Origin: Balanoglossus misakiensis
Taxonomy: Eukaryota > Animalia > Hemichordata
Assembly (NCBI GenBank): GCA_040954595.2
Contig: CM082588.2
Location: 7,610,844-7,674,843 of the forward strand
Length of the DNA stretch: 64,000 nucleotides
Reading direction: 5' to 3'
Position 1 is the first letter of the stretch. Every line of letters starts with the position of its first letter. The translations under genes were made by a program, and so were the position numbers. This document shows, piece after piece, positions 15,001 through 31,100 of the stretch. Under the pieces are notes generated by a model, which searched no databases, was not told where the DNA came from, and saw only the letters and a program-made list of their open reading frames with translations.

Positions 15001-18000
15001 ACAGATTATAACTCACCATATTATATCACTTTGGTTTCACAGAACAGATTATAACTCACCATATTAGTCTAAGCTCGCAGATTTTAATAAACAAGTTGAA
15101 ATTATAATTATATTACTTCCAATTAAAGGCGATTTTGGAAAATATTTCGTATCCATAGTTGGTTATCGTTAACCTCAAATGAACTCTTGATAAAAACCGA
15201 TACAGTGTACTTTTTGAGAACACTACACCTACGCCTAAAGAAAACATCCGAATATTTGAATCATAGAAAAAATGTTAAATTGCGTGTGGACTTTGCGCTA
15301 GTCACATACTGATTTTATCAGAGACTGACAAACATTGCTATGTCATATTACAAAATAGTTTTGTTTCGGTGTATAATATTCTGTATCTCAAACAATGTCC
15401 TCACTTCTTAATTAACGATAACCTCTATTTCAGGAAATAAAAACGTTTTACCAGTAAATTTGACTGAGAAAGTTTGATAGTTAAATTTAACAAAGATACT
15501 CAGTATGATAGGTATGACAACAACCATGTTGGATATATACTGTAAAACACTTTATTTTCGCGAGCAATAAATTTTTGCGAAATACGCGAGAGTCAAAATA
15601 GCATGAAAATGAAAAGTTGCATTATTTTTTTTTGAAGATAACGATGTAGTGAATGAAATAAGAGAACACGAAAATTAATACTCGTGAAACAGTGGCCTCT
15701 CTCGATATCGCGAAAATTTCAACTCGCGAAAATAAAGTATTTTACAGTAGATCCTTCCATGTTGAATTTGTGCTTGTTACCAAAAAATCAGTGTTTCAAT
15801 AATTATAGTTTATACTTACAATACATGTTATTCAGCAGGGGATAAAACATAGACAGGGTGTATCTGATAGAGGAAAACAAATCTTTTGTGGATTTGCGAT
15901 GTACCATTACTATAATGGTACAGAACGGTGTGGAATTTGTGAAATGGGCATAGTTCCACTTTATTTATAGTCAAGGTTTTGTTAAAACTTCCTTTCCTTG
16001 AAAGAAATGAACATATTAAAGGTTTACTGGCCAACCTACAAGATTTCAGGATGGGTTGAGCACGTTTTGGATCGAAGCCAGTTTTCAACAAGTAGTGCTG
16101 ACCACTTCCTGTCTTTAGAATAAATGATTCCATCTGGAAACTAATTCTAATCAAACTTCATCTAACTTTTTTACATAACGAACAGATCCGGTAAAAGTGT
16201 ATAGAACTAAACATCAAAATGAAACGAGAAAACCCCCGCACTTTTTCATTCACGTACATTTAAACAGGTGTCTGTACATGTCGACACGACCGAATCTGAT
16301 TGGACGGAAGTAGGCACGGCTTGCGTCATGTGACCAGCAATCTCATCGGGCTTTGAATCTCTAACTTCTTGTTTTCCATTTTATGGTAATCTCATTATCT
16401 TGTCAGAGAGGTTAAATCCCATCCTCGTTAAACAAAACCTCAAGAGACGCAGTATACCACCAACACAGGAGCGATAAGTGGTGACCTTTGCCCTACTTAT
16501 ACATGGTTCGTAGAAGTGACATTGTAAAAACAAAAACAATCTAGCTACTTTTCACATGATATATTTCAAATTTGATTAAAAGTAAAACCTTAACCCTAAC
16601 AGTTCACTTCCAATCTACATTTATTTCGTCTTTTAACTAACAAATATTTACTGCTAAACTACAGTATACTATGAACTGTCTGTACATTGTAGGTTCAATG
16701 GTTTCATGTCAAATTTATAATCACACGATATTTTTCAAATTTGATTAAAATGCATTTTAACCCTTTCACCACCATGGTTCAGTCCAACTCATTGTTTTCT
16801 ATGGTAAGGTTGGAACTCTAAAGAGGGAACTGGGGGTGAAAGGGTTAATAGAGGCAGCTGCACATAGCTTCAGAAAGTACACAAACATCAATTAAAAAAG
16901 AATACAGCATTTGTTTTTTTGCCAACACACATGCACGTTTACAAAAACTATCATTAATTGTTTTCACCCAGCTATTAATAAGTATAACATAATTGTCGAA
17001 CTCAGATAAAGACATCATTAGGATAACCCTTCATTCAAATCTCCCAAGACAGGACGACATCTGGCAGTAGCTCAAAATATTTCTTTCCAAAGAATGGAAA
17101 AAACATTCCAACACTCCTTGCATTTAAATATTTTTCTTGGAGTATAAAAGTCTTGTTTTGTTTCCATATCAAATCAGCCCTGGGAAAAATTCATCAGTGA
17201 GTCACTCACTACTTCACATGAATAGGAAACTTTCCTGTTAATTAATTTGGCTGTTATTTACATGGTAAATGACGTGGGTGTATCTCAAACCCTTCTTGTC
17301 GCTTAATTAATTGGGTAACATGTTGATTTTTTGCCTTATTCCCAATCACAGATATTAAAGGGACAAAGTCTCTCTCGCTGCCCTTTTTTCATTATGTTTG
17401 TATAAAACATAATTAATGGAAAGAGGGCAGCGAGAGAGAGACTTTGTCCCTTTAATAATCAACGCAATGTGTTGTCATTGCACATCCTCAAGCCTATCAC
17501 CATTTTCAACAGTTGATACAACAAAAAGTATTACGAGTTTTGTCAGACTATCAAACTAAACTCAACACCCACAAAAAATTTTTGAAAATTTGAAAAAATG
17601 CTGTTTTTTTGTTGAAATTTTTCTAAAAACTGCTTTTCGTTGCTTGGAATGTGCGAGTTGAATGAACCTACACAACGACCTTCAGTGCTTTTCAAAATAA
17701 GAAAACACCAAGTCCCCTCCTCCAACTATTGTACCATTGACAGAACAGATTGTGGTATTACATAAGGCCTTGCTGTTTTGTCTGATTCCTCCTGAAGGCA
17801 GAAGGACAGATAAAGAATCGGGGAAAAACAGGTACAAATAAATCGAGATGGCGGCAGACAGATAGAGAAAATACTTTATTTAAACACACTGTTTGGTAAT
17901 TTCAATGAGATACTGTAAAACGGGATATTTTCGCGACAGGAAATTTTCGCGATATCAAAAGAGGCAACTGTGACATGAGGATTAATTTTTTGCGTTCTCG

Positions 18001-21000
18001 TATTTCTCTGCATCGCTATCTCCGAAAAAACATTTCTACATGAATTTTTATTTTCGGGGTTTTTTTTGGCTCTTGCGTAGTTCGCAAACATTTATCGTTC
18101 GCAAAAATTTTCCGTTTTACAGTAGTTGGATGTCTTGTTACCGCAATATGAGCACAATGTTAGTCTTTGTAATTAAAAAGAGATTACTTATCAATCTTGA
18201 AGACCTGCGCAGAAATGCTTATCATGCAACAGGTAGAGATAATGAGAAAGAAAATGGCCGCTCTCGACAACAAAGTGAAAAATATTTGCTCTCGTAAAAT
18301 GATCGTTAAAAACTCCATGTTGCAGACAGTCAATGTCAATCGTACAAAGGTGTCTGCACCCTTCGGATAATCAAGGTCCATGATTGGTATTTATAGTAAC
18401 ACTATTGTCAACAGTCACAGTTGGCTTGTATACAATGGTCCTGGCTCTCGTTACTTAGCAACAGTTGTCGCAATAAATTTTAGACGCATTAATTAATATA
18501 AAACAACTTTTCAAACATATCCCTTTAGCCACCATATCATATTGGTCACTCCCTCCCCAGAGTTATTATTGTAACCTCTGGAGTTCCATTGACCCTATTA
18601 CTACAATGGTTTGGTCCAAATCTATCTTCACTCTGGTAAGGTTGGGCCTCTACACACATCAAATAGGGGTGATAATCTTTCATAGAATAAATTAGGTTTT
18701 ACAGTATTAGTTAACTGCCCAGAAACAGTCATAATTTTTTGTAGTTTTGTTTGGTAAGATCGATAAGATCGAAATGTCCTATGAGTATGAACATTAAAAT
18801 GTCACAATATCATAATGTGATGTTTAAATTGGCTAAAATGACATTAAGCATGATTTACACTCATTTTTGAAAAACTTTTATGTGGATATAGTTTCATTAC
18901 CAGTAACCTAGCTTCTACCTGATGTTCCAAGCTTTCAGATAGAACTTATACAAATCATAATTCTCAAGATGCTCATTAAACAAAAGGGATAAATAATGTG
19001 GTGCTGTAATGTGGTTTTTAAAGTCCATAAACTGGGATTATGTCACACTGATCTATTTGTCGAATCAATCATAGAGGCAACAGAAGAATATAGTAACAAT
19101 TCTAAAGAATCACTCTTTTTTGTGTGTGTTGTCGGTAATGAAGGAATTGTGAACTTGTGAAGGTTTGCCTTCAAGGGAAGACATTCCCATGGTCTTTTTA
19201 TTCATTTTCTTTTTATCAGTTTTGGATCAACAAACTCTGCATGGACACTAACCCTTTCACCCCCAGTTCCCCCTTTAGAGGTCCAACCTTACCATAGAAA
19301 CCAATGGGTTTGGACTGAACCATGGTGGTGAGAGGGGTTTGATGCACTCATCCATTGCGGTATCCATGTTCCAAATACAGCTATTAACTTATATCCTAAA
19401 ACTTTTTTGATTTTTTTGTATTTCTTTCAGCAAACATCAAAATATGGCTTTTCATCTTCTGAGCCAGACCAGTGGCTACCATGGCAAGCACAAAACAAGA
19501 CACACAAAAAACCAGCGAGAAATAACTCAGAAACAAAAGCCAGTTGAATCACATGTCCTCATCGCATTGTAAACCGAGGCTAAACATTCACATCCTGTCT
19601 GCAACAACTCTACCTTGAGGCAATGCAGGTCTTCAATAAATCTTATTACCCCAGCCTACGTGTCTTTCTTTCAAAAGACAATAAAATTCTATTTCGGTTC
19701 GCAATTTATGGCGACTGGAAACAGCTCACTGATACAGGTAGCAATCACGGCCCTTGAACCTATTTGATTAGGCCGACATATACTGAAGGGCGACCTTTTC
19801 AGGTCATTATACACGACTTCACAATTTCAATGATTAAGTTCAGAATGACAACCCCCCACGTTACTCGATTGAAATCTACTAATCTAAAATGTCACATCGA
19901 TTTGCCTCCATCTGTCAGTCACTGTATCCAAGTCCAACCTTCACGATGATCAAAATTTGCTGAATAAAGTTGTGTACAATACGATGCATTCAACTACAAT
20001 TTTCGACAAGAGGCATAGTCTCTGAATGCCCAGGATTTACAGATGGAATGAAAAATCTATCCCAAAGCGTTTCAAAATTTAGCACAACTGGAAAATAATG
20101 GTCTGGATGACAATGCATCACTGACACAGATTCTTGTGAAAAACAGTCAAATCTTACAAATTTGGAAGAAAAGGCACCCATTGCAGACTACCACTATTGA
20201 AGTTGACGACCCATTTGATGAAATCATGAACCGACCCACTTTGTTTTGCTATTGGTCGATGGCACACCTATTGAACAGAGTCAATACAGAACTGTGTTGT
20301 GCACATAAAGTTTTAGGGGGCCGATAGTAACATTTGGGTCAAGTCATAAAGTTGACTGGGCCCTGAATTTCGTGTGAATGCGTACGTGCAATTGTGTGTG
20401 TGTGCATGTGTGTGTGTATGTATGTGTGTGTGTGCACCTGTGTGCATAACTATGCATGCGTGTGCATACAATACCACTGTGTACATACAGTGAATACCCA
20501 AATACCACTGACAAATCTTGATTTTGCAATCTCTTCAATGGTAATAATTAATAGCTGAATGTATCAGAAACCGCTGAAGATGCCTAGACCAATATTCAGT
20601 ATTTCTTCTACAGATGATGGTATGGTATTCACGGTTGGTAGGCACGTTACCCACAGAAACGATAATTAGGCAATTAAAATCTTACCCGCATTCACATTGA
20701 CAACATTGCACGGACAATGAGGAAAAATACAATTGCCTATACCAGCTCTTTTTGATTACCAGATTTAGGGATTAAGGAAAATAAAAATAGTTCCAAGAGC
20801 CCTCATGAAATGAAAATTTGCAGACGTAAAATAAAATCACAGAGGGAGTCTGACATAGCAGTAGCAACAGCAGAAATAAGGGACCCGGTCAGAATTCCGG
20901 CAAATATCGCAACAAAACAACAACCAAGGCGTTTGACTTTTTTCTACAACCATCACAAGGTCAAATAGATCAACGTCCTAATCTGATAGCCTCACTCCTT

Positions 21001-24000
21001 GGTTACATTTGATTCATTTTGGTGCTCAAGGTTACGGACTTTGGTATTTCAAATCTTGAAGATTTATGGAACCTTCAGCCATTCTCTGGAACACCATCTT
21101 AAGCCTCAGGCAATAAAGAATTGAATTAGTTCAATGGTACTTCGATAGCTTGTAGTTTCAAGTCTAATTTTCTTGCTTTTTTTCAATTTCCTAACCTGAC
21201 GAGACAATGCCAATGAAAAATTAACACAAATTACCGTACGCTTTTTTCCTCTTAAAGAACTTTTAAAAGAAAATCACGAACACAAAGGAATCAACCAATC
21301 CCAATCTAGATTAATTCACAAACATATATTTTTATGTACACATGCCGGTAACACAATAAATAAAAAACCTCAAGGATTTACTTTGTCAGGGACGTTTGGA
21401 AAAAAGAGTCAATTCATTTCAACAGAAGCTGGTCATGTTTACATGGTAACTTTCAAGAACACAAAGCTAGCAAGGCCCATGCTCATTATGCAAGCTGCTC
21501 ATTATTCAGACATATTTGGACATAGAATGCTACACTGAGTATATTTTTAAAGCCCTACATGTAACATTTTTGGTTTACCTTTAACTAACCCTTTCACCAC
21601 TATGGTTCAGTCCAAACCCGTTGTTTTCTATGGTATGATTGGACCTCTAAAGATGGAACCGGGGGTGAAAGGGTTAAAATATCTTCTGAATGTCACTGAT
21701 ATTCTTTGGGGAACCACTATTATAAGTCCTTTTTGGGTGCACATGTATCTTGACCAGAAAAACTTTCTTGGTGATGGAACGGGCACAAAAATTGAAGCAA
21801 TGAAGCCTCGTTTGTGTAGTTTGATGCTGGTGGCCATTATTGGGTTGCAACCAATTAATTATTTGTTGTTTACAGTTATATGCTCATATTTTCCTATCAG
21901 TGTTTGATAGTTATCTGATACTATCCCCTTGGTAAGCTTGTTTACATGAAACTCTTCATTTGAATGTCAAATCACGTAAACAATATTAATCGTTCTGTAC
22001 CATTGTTTGGTTTTATTTCAACTCTAACTATCTGTAATGGATCAATCATCATCCATAAAATCAATTAAGACACAATCAAACTGGAACAGGGTAAAAGAAT
22101 TCACAAATTTTATCGCAAGTCCACATGCATGGCCTTGGTCATAAATTTCACAGCCATAACACAACTAGTGATCCATAAATACAGACTGCGTTTTACTGTA
22201 CAGGTTCTCGGACAAAAACGTTAACTTCTGTTTTTCAGTAAAATCACGGTCTATTTTTGAATTGTTCAAGTCTAACACATCTGAAATGTTTTGATCAATT
22301 TTGCATGTAAACAAAGTCTACACATGCACTGTGGATGAAATAATCTTGATTCTCCAAGAAAATTTCCCTGAAGCAACACGGACATTTTATGAGCTGACCG
22401 ACATAGTTGCCATTCTTAGCTCAGACCCTAGATTTGTATTCTAGTGGACTTTGTTTGCAAGAAGTAAAGACTGGATGACAACTTAATGACCTGATTTAAG
22501 ACATAACAAGGTACTAAGCAAGGCGTACAAAAGAGTCTATTGTTTCTTATCGACGATGCAATCAGCTGACGAACAGATATATACTATGACTGCATTGGCC
22601 CTTGAGGTAGAGACATTTGACGTCAATGATTGATTAGTCACAGTTCAAACATCAAAGCAGGTCACATGATGACATGTTAAGTATTCCATACTATCATTTC
22701 AAGAGTGTACAAAGATACCATATGTTTAATTGTTTTAATAGGGAAATACTGTAAAACGAGAAATTTTTGCGACAGGAAATTTTCGTGATATATAAAGAGG
22801 TAACTGCTACGTGACGATCAATTTTTGCTTTCTCGTATTTCACTAACTGCATTGATATCTCAGGAAAAGTTTTACGTGACTTTTTATTTTCACGTTTTTT
22901 ATCTCTCGCAAAGTTCGCGAAAATTTCCCGTTTTACAGTATACTGGACAGCTCAAACTTTCTCATTTAAATATACATGTAAAATATAATTGTAAATAAAA
23001 AAAATTGACCATTTGGTCTTATATAATCGTATGACGAGTTATCTTTGAAATGGCTTTCAACTTTCCTGTAAATAGTATATTTGGATTTTATAATGAAAGA
23101 TAATTTCATATTGTGTGGGGTTTATCAGCTGTGAAGACAGAACTTTGATACATACATTTGTACAGTGTGTCACTGCAGACTCCATGGTAGATTTGAAGTA
23201 GGGGTGGGCCTATCACCAGTGCCGGAACTTGTATTGCACCCACTTGGAACAAAAATGTCATAGATAAAAAGTGCCCCTTTAACCCCGACAGCACATAACA
23301 ACCGAGACAAAACCTGACCCACTTCTAGTCCCAACGCCCACTTTGTGTACTTCCTGGCTAGCAGGAGATTTCCTCATATTATGCCAGAGGGAAATATTGA
23401 ACTGTACTCTTTTCAAAATCTAAAATATCAAATGTAAAGATATATTAGCTACCGTAACTTTCTGTTAAGTTTTCAGTATTTTTGTTTTGTGTATCTATCG
23501 CAATTTCTTGTTCATTTTCCTGAAGCATATTTTATGTGTAAACGTTTTAAACATTGCAGTTACTGATGTTATTGTGTTTGACATAATCTGGATCAGTAAC
23601 TGTAAAAATATAAAATCACAACTTAAACAAAGTTGAGTTATTGGTAATTTATCTATATACCAAATTTTATCAATGGAAAAGATTACTTGTCAATTATCAC
23701 AATCTTTCTCATGATTTATTCATTTATTCACATCAAGGACTGATTGGTCGGTCTAGCTATCCAGATTCAACTAGAACATTGCAATTACAGTCAAACCTGT
23801 CTATAGTGTCCAGTCAAGGCAAGGGACTTTCCTCAACTGGCCTTTATAGACAGGTGGCCTTTCTATACAGGTCAATACATGGACATGTAAATTGCACAGG
23901 GACTGTAACAAAGTGGCCACTATATAGAGGTGGCCACTAACACAGGTCTGACTGTACCTGATTCTAGGACTATTTAGACTGTCGTCCTGTGGAGATTGTA

Positions 24001-27000
24001 GAATCACTGTACAAACTGTATTCTGGATTAACCACAAGCCAGAAGACACATTCTTTACCTAATCCCCCCCCCCCCCCACATATACACACCACACCTTCCA
24101 CCAGTAGAGAATACAAGCATTGTACAATTATGTACCCCTTTGAAGATTTACAAGCAGTGCCCAGTCACCTCAAGACCGCCAGTACATAGATTTTCTGGAT
24201 TGCCGGCCACACCTTGACGTTAAAACTTTTCAAAGCGTAATCTCGATATTTGCACAGAACACACATTTGGCATGACAAGTCTTTCAAAAGTCACTTAGTA
24301 AAGAATTTACTGTATGAACTATATCCCCGCACTTCCTTCCATATATGTCAGCCTCACGTCAGGAAACAGGTGTAGGAGTTCAAAGGTCAGTTTAATCATG
24401 GCTGGGCAGGAATTTTAGCCACATTTTGTCACATATACTGTAAAATGGAAAATTTTAGCGACAGGAAATTTTCATGATATCAAGAGAGGCAACTGTTTCA
24501 TGACGATTAATGTTAGCCTTCTTGTATTTCACTGCATCGTTATCTCCGAAAAACATTTTTGCGCGACTTTTTAATTTCACATTTTGGGGGCTCTCGCGTA
24601 GTTCGCGATAATTTTCCATTTTACAGTACTTTTAATGATGGAGACTTATCATTTACATGTAGACTACTGTGGCTAACCTTATGAATTTTTATTATGACAT
24701 AGAGTAGTCTTAATATCTTACCGGCAGTAATAGAAGTGAATCAATGGAATGTCTAGCAGCACCACGCTGTCTGTCACAAAATTCGTGAAACTCTGCAACA
24801 CTTTGTTTCTTCTCGTTAAGTAGCCTGTAAATCAATATGACATTGGTAAGTCATCATTATAGAGGTTAAAGGGACAAAGTCTCTCTCTCACTGCACTTTT
24901 TCTAATAATTGTTTGATACAAGACACTGTTTATGTTATTCTACATGTGGATATTGAATGGACCGTTTGACCACACACAACTTCTGTCCTGCTTGTAGATA
25001 CGGGAGTGAAATACTCGCCAAAATGAATACTCGGTCTCTACCATTTATTCATTTTGGCGAGATTTTTGCTCTCATATCCTACAGAGGGGTTAGTAGCTGT
25101 GTATGGTTGAATCTTGATTCACTATATATATCCACATACAGAATAACATAAATGTGTCTTGTATCAAACTGACTGGAATAACATACTGGTTTGATATTTG
25201 AATTGAACCACAAATGGATTCATTTCAAGAAGATAATCTGCTGTTTCTGAACCAGCAACTTCTTTGCACCAAAACCAAACCTTAGACGAAACACTGCGTC
25301 AAGGAGTGACTGAACCGTTACAAAACCACCTGTCATTTTGCACACTGAACTTTAGTGATCACAGCTACAGAAAGCAACATATCAACATGCAGAAAATTGA
25401 TCATTGCCCTTTTGAAAACCAATCAACCGATCACACAGATCACAAGTCACTTTTATGTGGATGGCCAGCAAACACTAAAACACATCCTGCTTTATCTGAC
25501 CACTTTCCTCCCAGTGACAATTTGACATCACTGCTTTCCTGTCTTCTCAGAAATCTGAGAGTTTACAAGATGGAATGTCAACATTTCAAATGTCTTCAAC
25601 GTGAGGTACTATAAAACACTTTATTTTCGCGAGTTGAAATTTTCGCGATATCGAGAGAGGCCACTGTTTCGCGAGTATTAATTTTCGCGTTCTCTTATTT
25701 CATTCACTGCATCGTTCTCTTCAAAAAAAAATTACGCGACTTTTTTTGGCTCTCGCGTATTTCGCAAAAATTTATTGCTCGCGAAAATAAAGTGTTTTAC
25801 AGTAGTTTACAGCACAAAGTGTTACGTCAATAGAGTGTAACACTGTAGGCCCTGGCTGTGGTTTGTTCACCTTTTGCTGCGGTGTGTATTTACACCTGGT
25901 AATTAGATCTCTTAAAAGCTGTCAGTTGGAAATTTACACAGGCGGTTTTCACGGAGCATTTAATGGAAAAACAATTGCCGGACAAAAAGCCGAACATTAC
26001 GGTAGAATGGCGTAACTCCAGGTCAGTCAACTTGTTGACTATTGTTAACAAATGTTCTCGACTTTTGAAGTATTCTGTGAAAGCTGCGTACGACGCATAG
26101 AATGAATCAGCAAGATATTCTGTAGGGCTTCTCTTATAAATTTCCAGCTACAGTTTTCTGATAAAAATTCCCACTTTCAGAGTTTTCATTTTTCTCTTTT
26201 TTTCTCTGATTTACACAAACAAACAAACAGCAATTCACAAAAGTCCCTTGTGGCCACATAAATAAATTGACAAGTATTTGCCACACTAGAAACATCAGAT
26301 GTAAAGAGTTGGTTGTGATTCTGTTTGCTGCAGACCAACCAACAACATGTCAAAGGCATCAGATAGGGCCATTTGCGATACACTTTCCTAAATCCCGAGT
26401 TACAGACTGTACAATAAACATTAAATCTATACCAACATATTGCAAATAACAAACAAACAAATTAGTTTGCGTGTTTGATATTACTTACCTCTTAATCTCT
26501 GGATATTTTAAGTAATAACTATCATACATAGATAAGAATTCTTCACTAAATAATTGACCTATAGACAGGAGAAGAAACAGAACATGGTTACATCAACATC
26601 AGCTTAGACTTGAAAGGTGAATTATTTCCTCGTTTGAATTTTTATAAACGATAGGAGGAAGCAGACTACAACACGATGCAAGAGTTTCAGATCTCAAAAT
26701 TGAGAAGTTTCCCAGTTGAGTTTCTTCATTATACTTCTCGGTTCAGTGTACGTACACACGAAGACGTAGATAGACAATGCTTGGTGGGAAAGCCCCTCGT
26801 CTCCCAGTTTCCAAATCGAGACATAATCTTTACACAATATTAAAGTACTTCCTTGAGCAAACTACTGTTTAGTAATTATTAATAGTTAACCTAGAAAAGC
26901 TGTTACAGTAATAAAATGAGAAATCTGTAAACGATAGAGATTTCTGTATGCAATGATTCGTTAAATCCAATATATACATTTCTAAAATCCAATAAAGAAG

Positions 27001-28083
27001 AATAAAATTGGAATAAACAATTTTCTGCTCATTGCAAGACTTGGTTAACTACTATAGCAACAGAGTTTTAAAAAAATTGATTGAAAATGTAGGTGAAACT
27101 TGTTGGGATGACTTTCTGCACTTGTATGAGGTGATTTAGTCAGCAGTTGTCAACCAGTCACTCATAACCACTGTCAGAGAAACTCACAAACCAGGTATGA
27201 TAAGTGATGCATGTGTGTTAGTGTAAAAATTCCATAAAGAGAGTAAATTTTCAGGTGATTTGAAGCAGAATTGATAAATGTTGGACCTACCTAATGAAGC
27301 ATACACATCGTTCCAAGACAGCAGACATTCTTGTAGCTATCAAAAAATAAAAACAAAATATTGCTTAATGATAATATGCTGAAGCTTGATCATATTTTGG
27401 TATTACTATCACTGTCAGTCATAACAACTGCTGTTATTTTCATATTTTTCTTCCTGGGAACAATGTTTCAGGAAATTGAAAACAGCTGAGTCAGTGTAAT
27501 TGATGGATAACATATCTCTGTGCAGTATCTAAGCGGAAACCAAGAACATTGTGTTGCAAGACACACCACTAGGATAGGGGACAGGGGTCAAAGGTTATGA
27601 AAACCCTCCAACATCCTGTGGCAGTCAACCATGGCTGGTCGGGCAACACAAAACAAACCCATCAGCTGTAAAGTTTCCATCAATCCCTGAGGGCACGTCC
27701 GTCCGACTAAAAATGTGTCCTTAGTTGACCAGTTACCCATGATTAATTCAACCTTGGTGTGTTCTGGGTAATTAAGATTCAAGAATCTGGCAAACAATGT
27801 CTTCATTTCTGTCAGAAATTGGTAACTTATATGAGTGCAAATGGTACCATTAAAAGTGGCTGATGATTTGTACATGTAACAGTACACACAATAGTAAGTA
27901 ACACTATTTTAAATAATCTAGTACAGAGACTGAGAGAACAGATATTGTAGAAAGAAAAGACTATGCATACATACATACATACATACATACATACATACAT
28001 ACATACATACATACATACAATGTACATACATACATACATACATACATACATACATACATACATACATACATACATACATACAT

Positions 28084-28140
<57 letters not shown>

Positions 28141-31100
28141 TACACAATCACACACATACATGTTTACTTATACATACATTGAGGTTTTTGCACATATATA
28201 AAAATTGTTTTAAGGGTAAAGTGTTCATCAACTTTTCTGCCTGTCTACAAATGTATGGTTGAACGTTTGTGTCAGTTGTGACATAAGCTAAAAGTCACGA
28301 GAAATCCACATTTTAAGTACACGACACCATCCAAGGACAGTGACCATCTTGAATGGAAGAACCACTTCAGTGCTTTTCATCAAGACGAGAGAGACAGAAA
28401 AACAAACGTCTGCCATTAAAGTTGGAGGGAGATAAAAAGTATTTTTGAACATCTTTCCATCATCTCGGAATTTTAATGTACAAGCACCTATCTCGGGAGG
28501 CATTTTTTGGCATGCTTGGCCAAACATAAACACCTGTTAACAAAAGCCTGTGTTTCTCCATACGGACAAGCCTCAGTCAATAGCCTTGACATTCCTGAAG
28601 GGACTCTCTCAAAGACAGTCATGAAATCGAATTGTTGCCATCTTTGTGAGGAGGAACAATGGCCAGGATTTGACACCAAATTGCAAATCTTCTTCTGCAG
28701 TTCTGCATTCATCTTTACGGGTTTGCATTTAATCTACAGTCCTGTTATCTGAAAATATTTTTCAAATCTAGCTGAATAAAGAACTAGATGCCATTCTGCA
28801 AACACAAATTTATATATATGGTTATACTGCTGGAAAATTTGCAACATTTCATAGCTTTAGAGAGGTATAACACAAATTTACATATGACTGTATTATCGTA
28901 CAAACAAATGTCTTGCAAGTTGCAAACATAAAGTTGATATGCATTTAAAGTTGCAATGCTTTGGAATTCAAAATCAATGGGTTGCTGTATCTAAAAATCA
29001 GCTTTTGTGAAGATTTTCTGATCTATTGCATTCTTGCAGGCCCTAATTTTTAGTCTGCAGGTTCTCAGCAAAGCACAGAATCAACATAGCATCTCACAGC
29101 AAAACCTGGGCCCTTGGTATTCTACTTAAAAGTTTATCTAGCCATCCATGACCCGACCGAGCGTGGCTTGGTTTTAGTCAGAATGACAAGAATGACAAGG
29201 TATGCCAGGGGCTGCTGATCATCTAGGTCGACAAAAAAGCCACGAGATATGGCTTGTAAAAATAAAAGACATAGTCAAGGAAGAAGAAATATAGTGTTTC
29301 TGGCTTTGCAATCTGATTAAAATCAGATGTAGGGTATGGCGATGTCTTTTACTTGCGCTGTGCTGTATTCTAATTCTCTTAGAGAGCATTACAAGTCGCC
29401 GTACCCTACATCTGATTTTAATCAGATTGCTGTCTTTGCACATTTTTGACGAAGACCAATGAAGTGTAACTACCAGAAAACACACAGCATTCCACACAGA
29501 AGTCTCCATAATTACCGAGAAATTGAATCAGAACCCAACAGAAGAAACTGTATAGGCTTTGAGAAGACCGAAGCTCGTAACTGAGACCAAAGCGCTTCAA
29601 TTTTACGAATTAAGTTTACACTGCTATCTCAATTTAGACGTTTATAAAATCTTGACATCCAGTGCAAAATAACACTGGCCCTGGAACTGAACATAAAATA
29701 AACTTTCTTTTCATCTGCTGTAGTTTACACTGCTCTCCAATTCTGTTCTTACTGCTTTTCCAATCGCCGAGGTTTAATTCAACTACCTGTGTCTATTGAT
29801 TGTTTACATTCAATTGCATCTAATTAGGTAACTAATGGTCTTTAATGAGATAAGGATGGAGCCAGTAAATTTGAACATTAATCTGGAAAGTACTTAAAGG
29901 TTTGGAATTGACCCAATATTATTAACCCTTTCACCCCTTGTTCCCTCTTTAGACGTCCAACTTTTCTGTAGGAATCAATTGGATTGGACTGTACCATTGT
30001 GGTTAAAGGGTTATGCTTTTACAGGAATTCCATTTTTCATGAATTAGTTTTACTCCCTACAGATGTCATAATACAATACAAATATCTGAGATATTTTATT
30101 TGTTTTGTACAGATAAATCTTTGTCTGAACAGGTACAAATAAGCAATCTGATCATATACAGGTACGCACAATAAAAACAAAGATGCAGACAGAACTGCGA
30201 CTCCGTGAGAAATGTAGGTTGGTGTTGTTGTTGTATGCTGACAGATACGCTATAAATTTACATGAAAGTCGTATTTAACACAAACACAACACATGTCACC
30301 ACATGTGACAAACAACGACGCACGCCAAAACACACGTGACACAAAATAGCCATAAATGTACCATCCCCATTAGACCGCTATTGTCCCCCGTACCTGAGAA
30401 TAGAACTTCGAGTTGGCCGACACTAATGAAGCCAACCAAGTAAACATCAGCTGGTGTTCCTCGGGTGACAGCAGACCGCAATTCCTGTCGTAGAAAACAA
30501 AGCGAAAAAAAAAATTGACAAAGTCAGTGACCTTCCGATGAAATATAGGAAGAGCAGATCACGAAGTCACGTTTCAAACAACACTTTTCCTGTTTAGGAC
30601 TGCATACACAGATGGTGAACAACAAAGACACTCGTGTGAAAATGGGTGCTAACTCCACAAAGCTTTGATAACTGTGCTCACAAAACGTTGTTTTGACTTA
30701 GCAGCAATTTTTATGTTCTACTTGTTGATGGTATTGTTATTCATCACGAGTCACTTTCATAATAGTGTTTTTGTGGCTTCTGAACGCTCCACAGAGACCC
30801 ATTACACTTTGTGGAGGCTCTGATCACTTTGTGGACACAGACCGTTCATTTTGTGGAGATCATTCATAAAGTTTTACTGTCTTTTGTGATCAAACCAAAA
30901 AATACACGATCGGCGCCAGAGGAAATGCCTAATTACGTCAAAAAAATAAACACCCATCGTTTTCATTATCTCACTTTTAAATAACAGAACACAAAACCTC
31001 AAAATGAAAATACCAAAACCAGCAAGGTGTTATTCACTCACTGACATTGCAGAAGCTTTCCTTATTTGGGGTGCTATTACTGATAATATGACAGTAGATT

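Noticed and set aside
25995-26120. DH-looking peptide AAFTEYFKSRE...KLTDLEL
   Set aside because: Wrong phase. Exon 24824-24722 fits with correct splice sites and ends in LLLP.
27700-27815. DH-looking peptide EMKTLF...IMGNWSTKDTF
   Set aside because: Acceptor phase is incompatible and there is no good donor. Exons 30484-30394 and 27336-27291 already supply this part of the DH domain in phase.
27827-28262. CMYV/HTYI repeat ORFs (also at 47298-47643)
   Set aside because: Translations of (CATA)n microsatellites.
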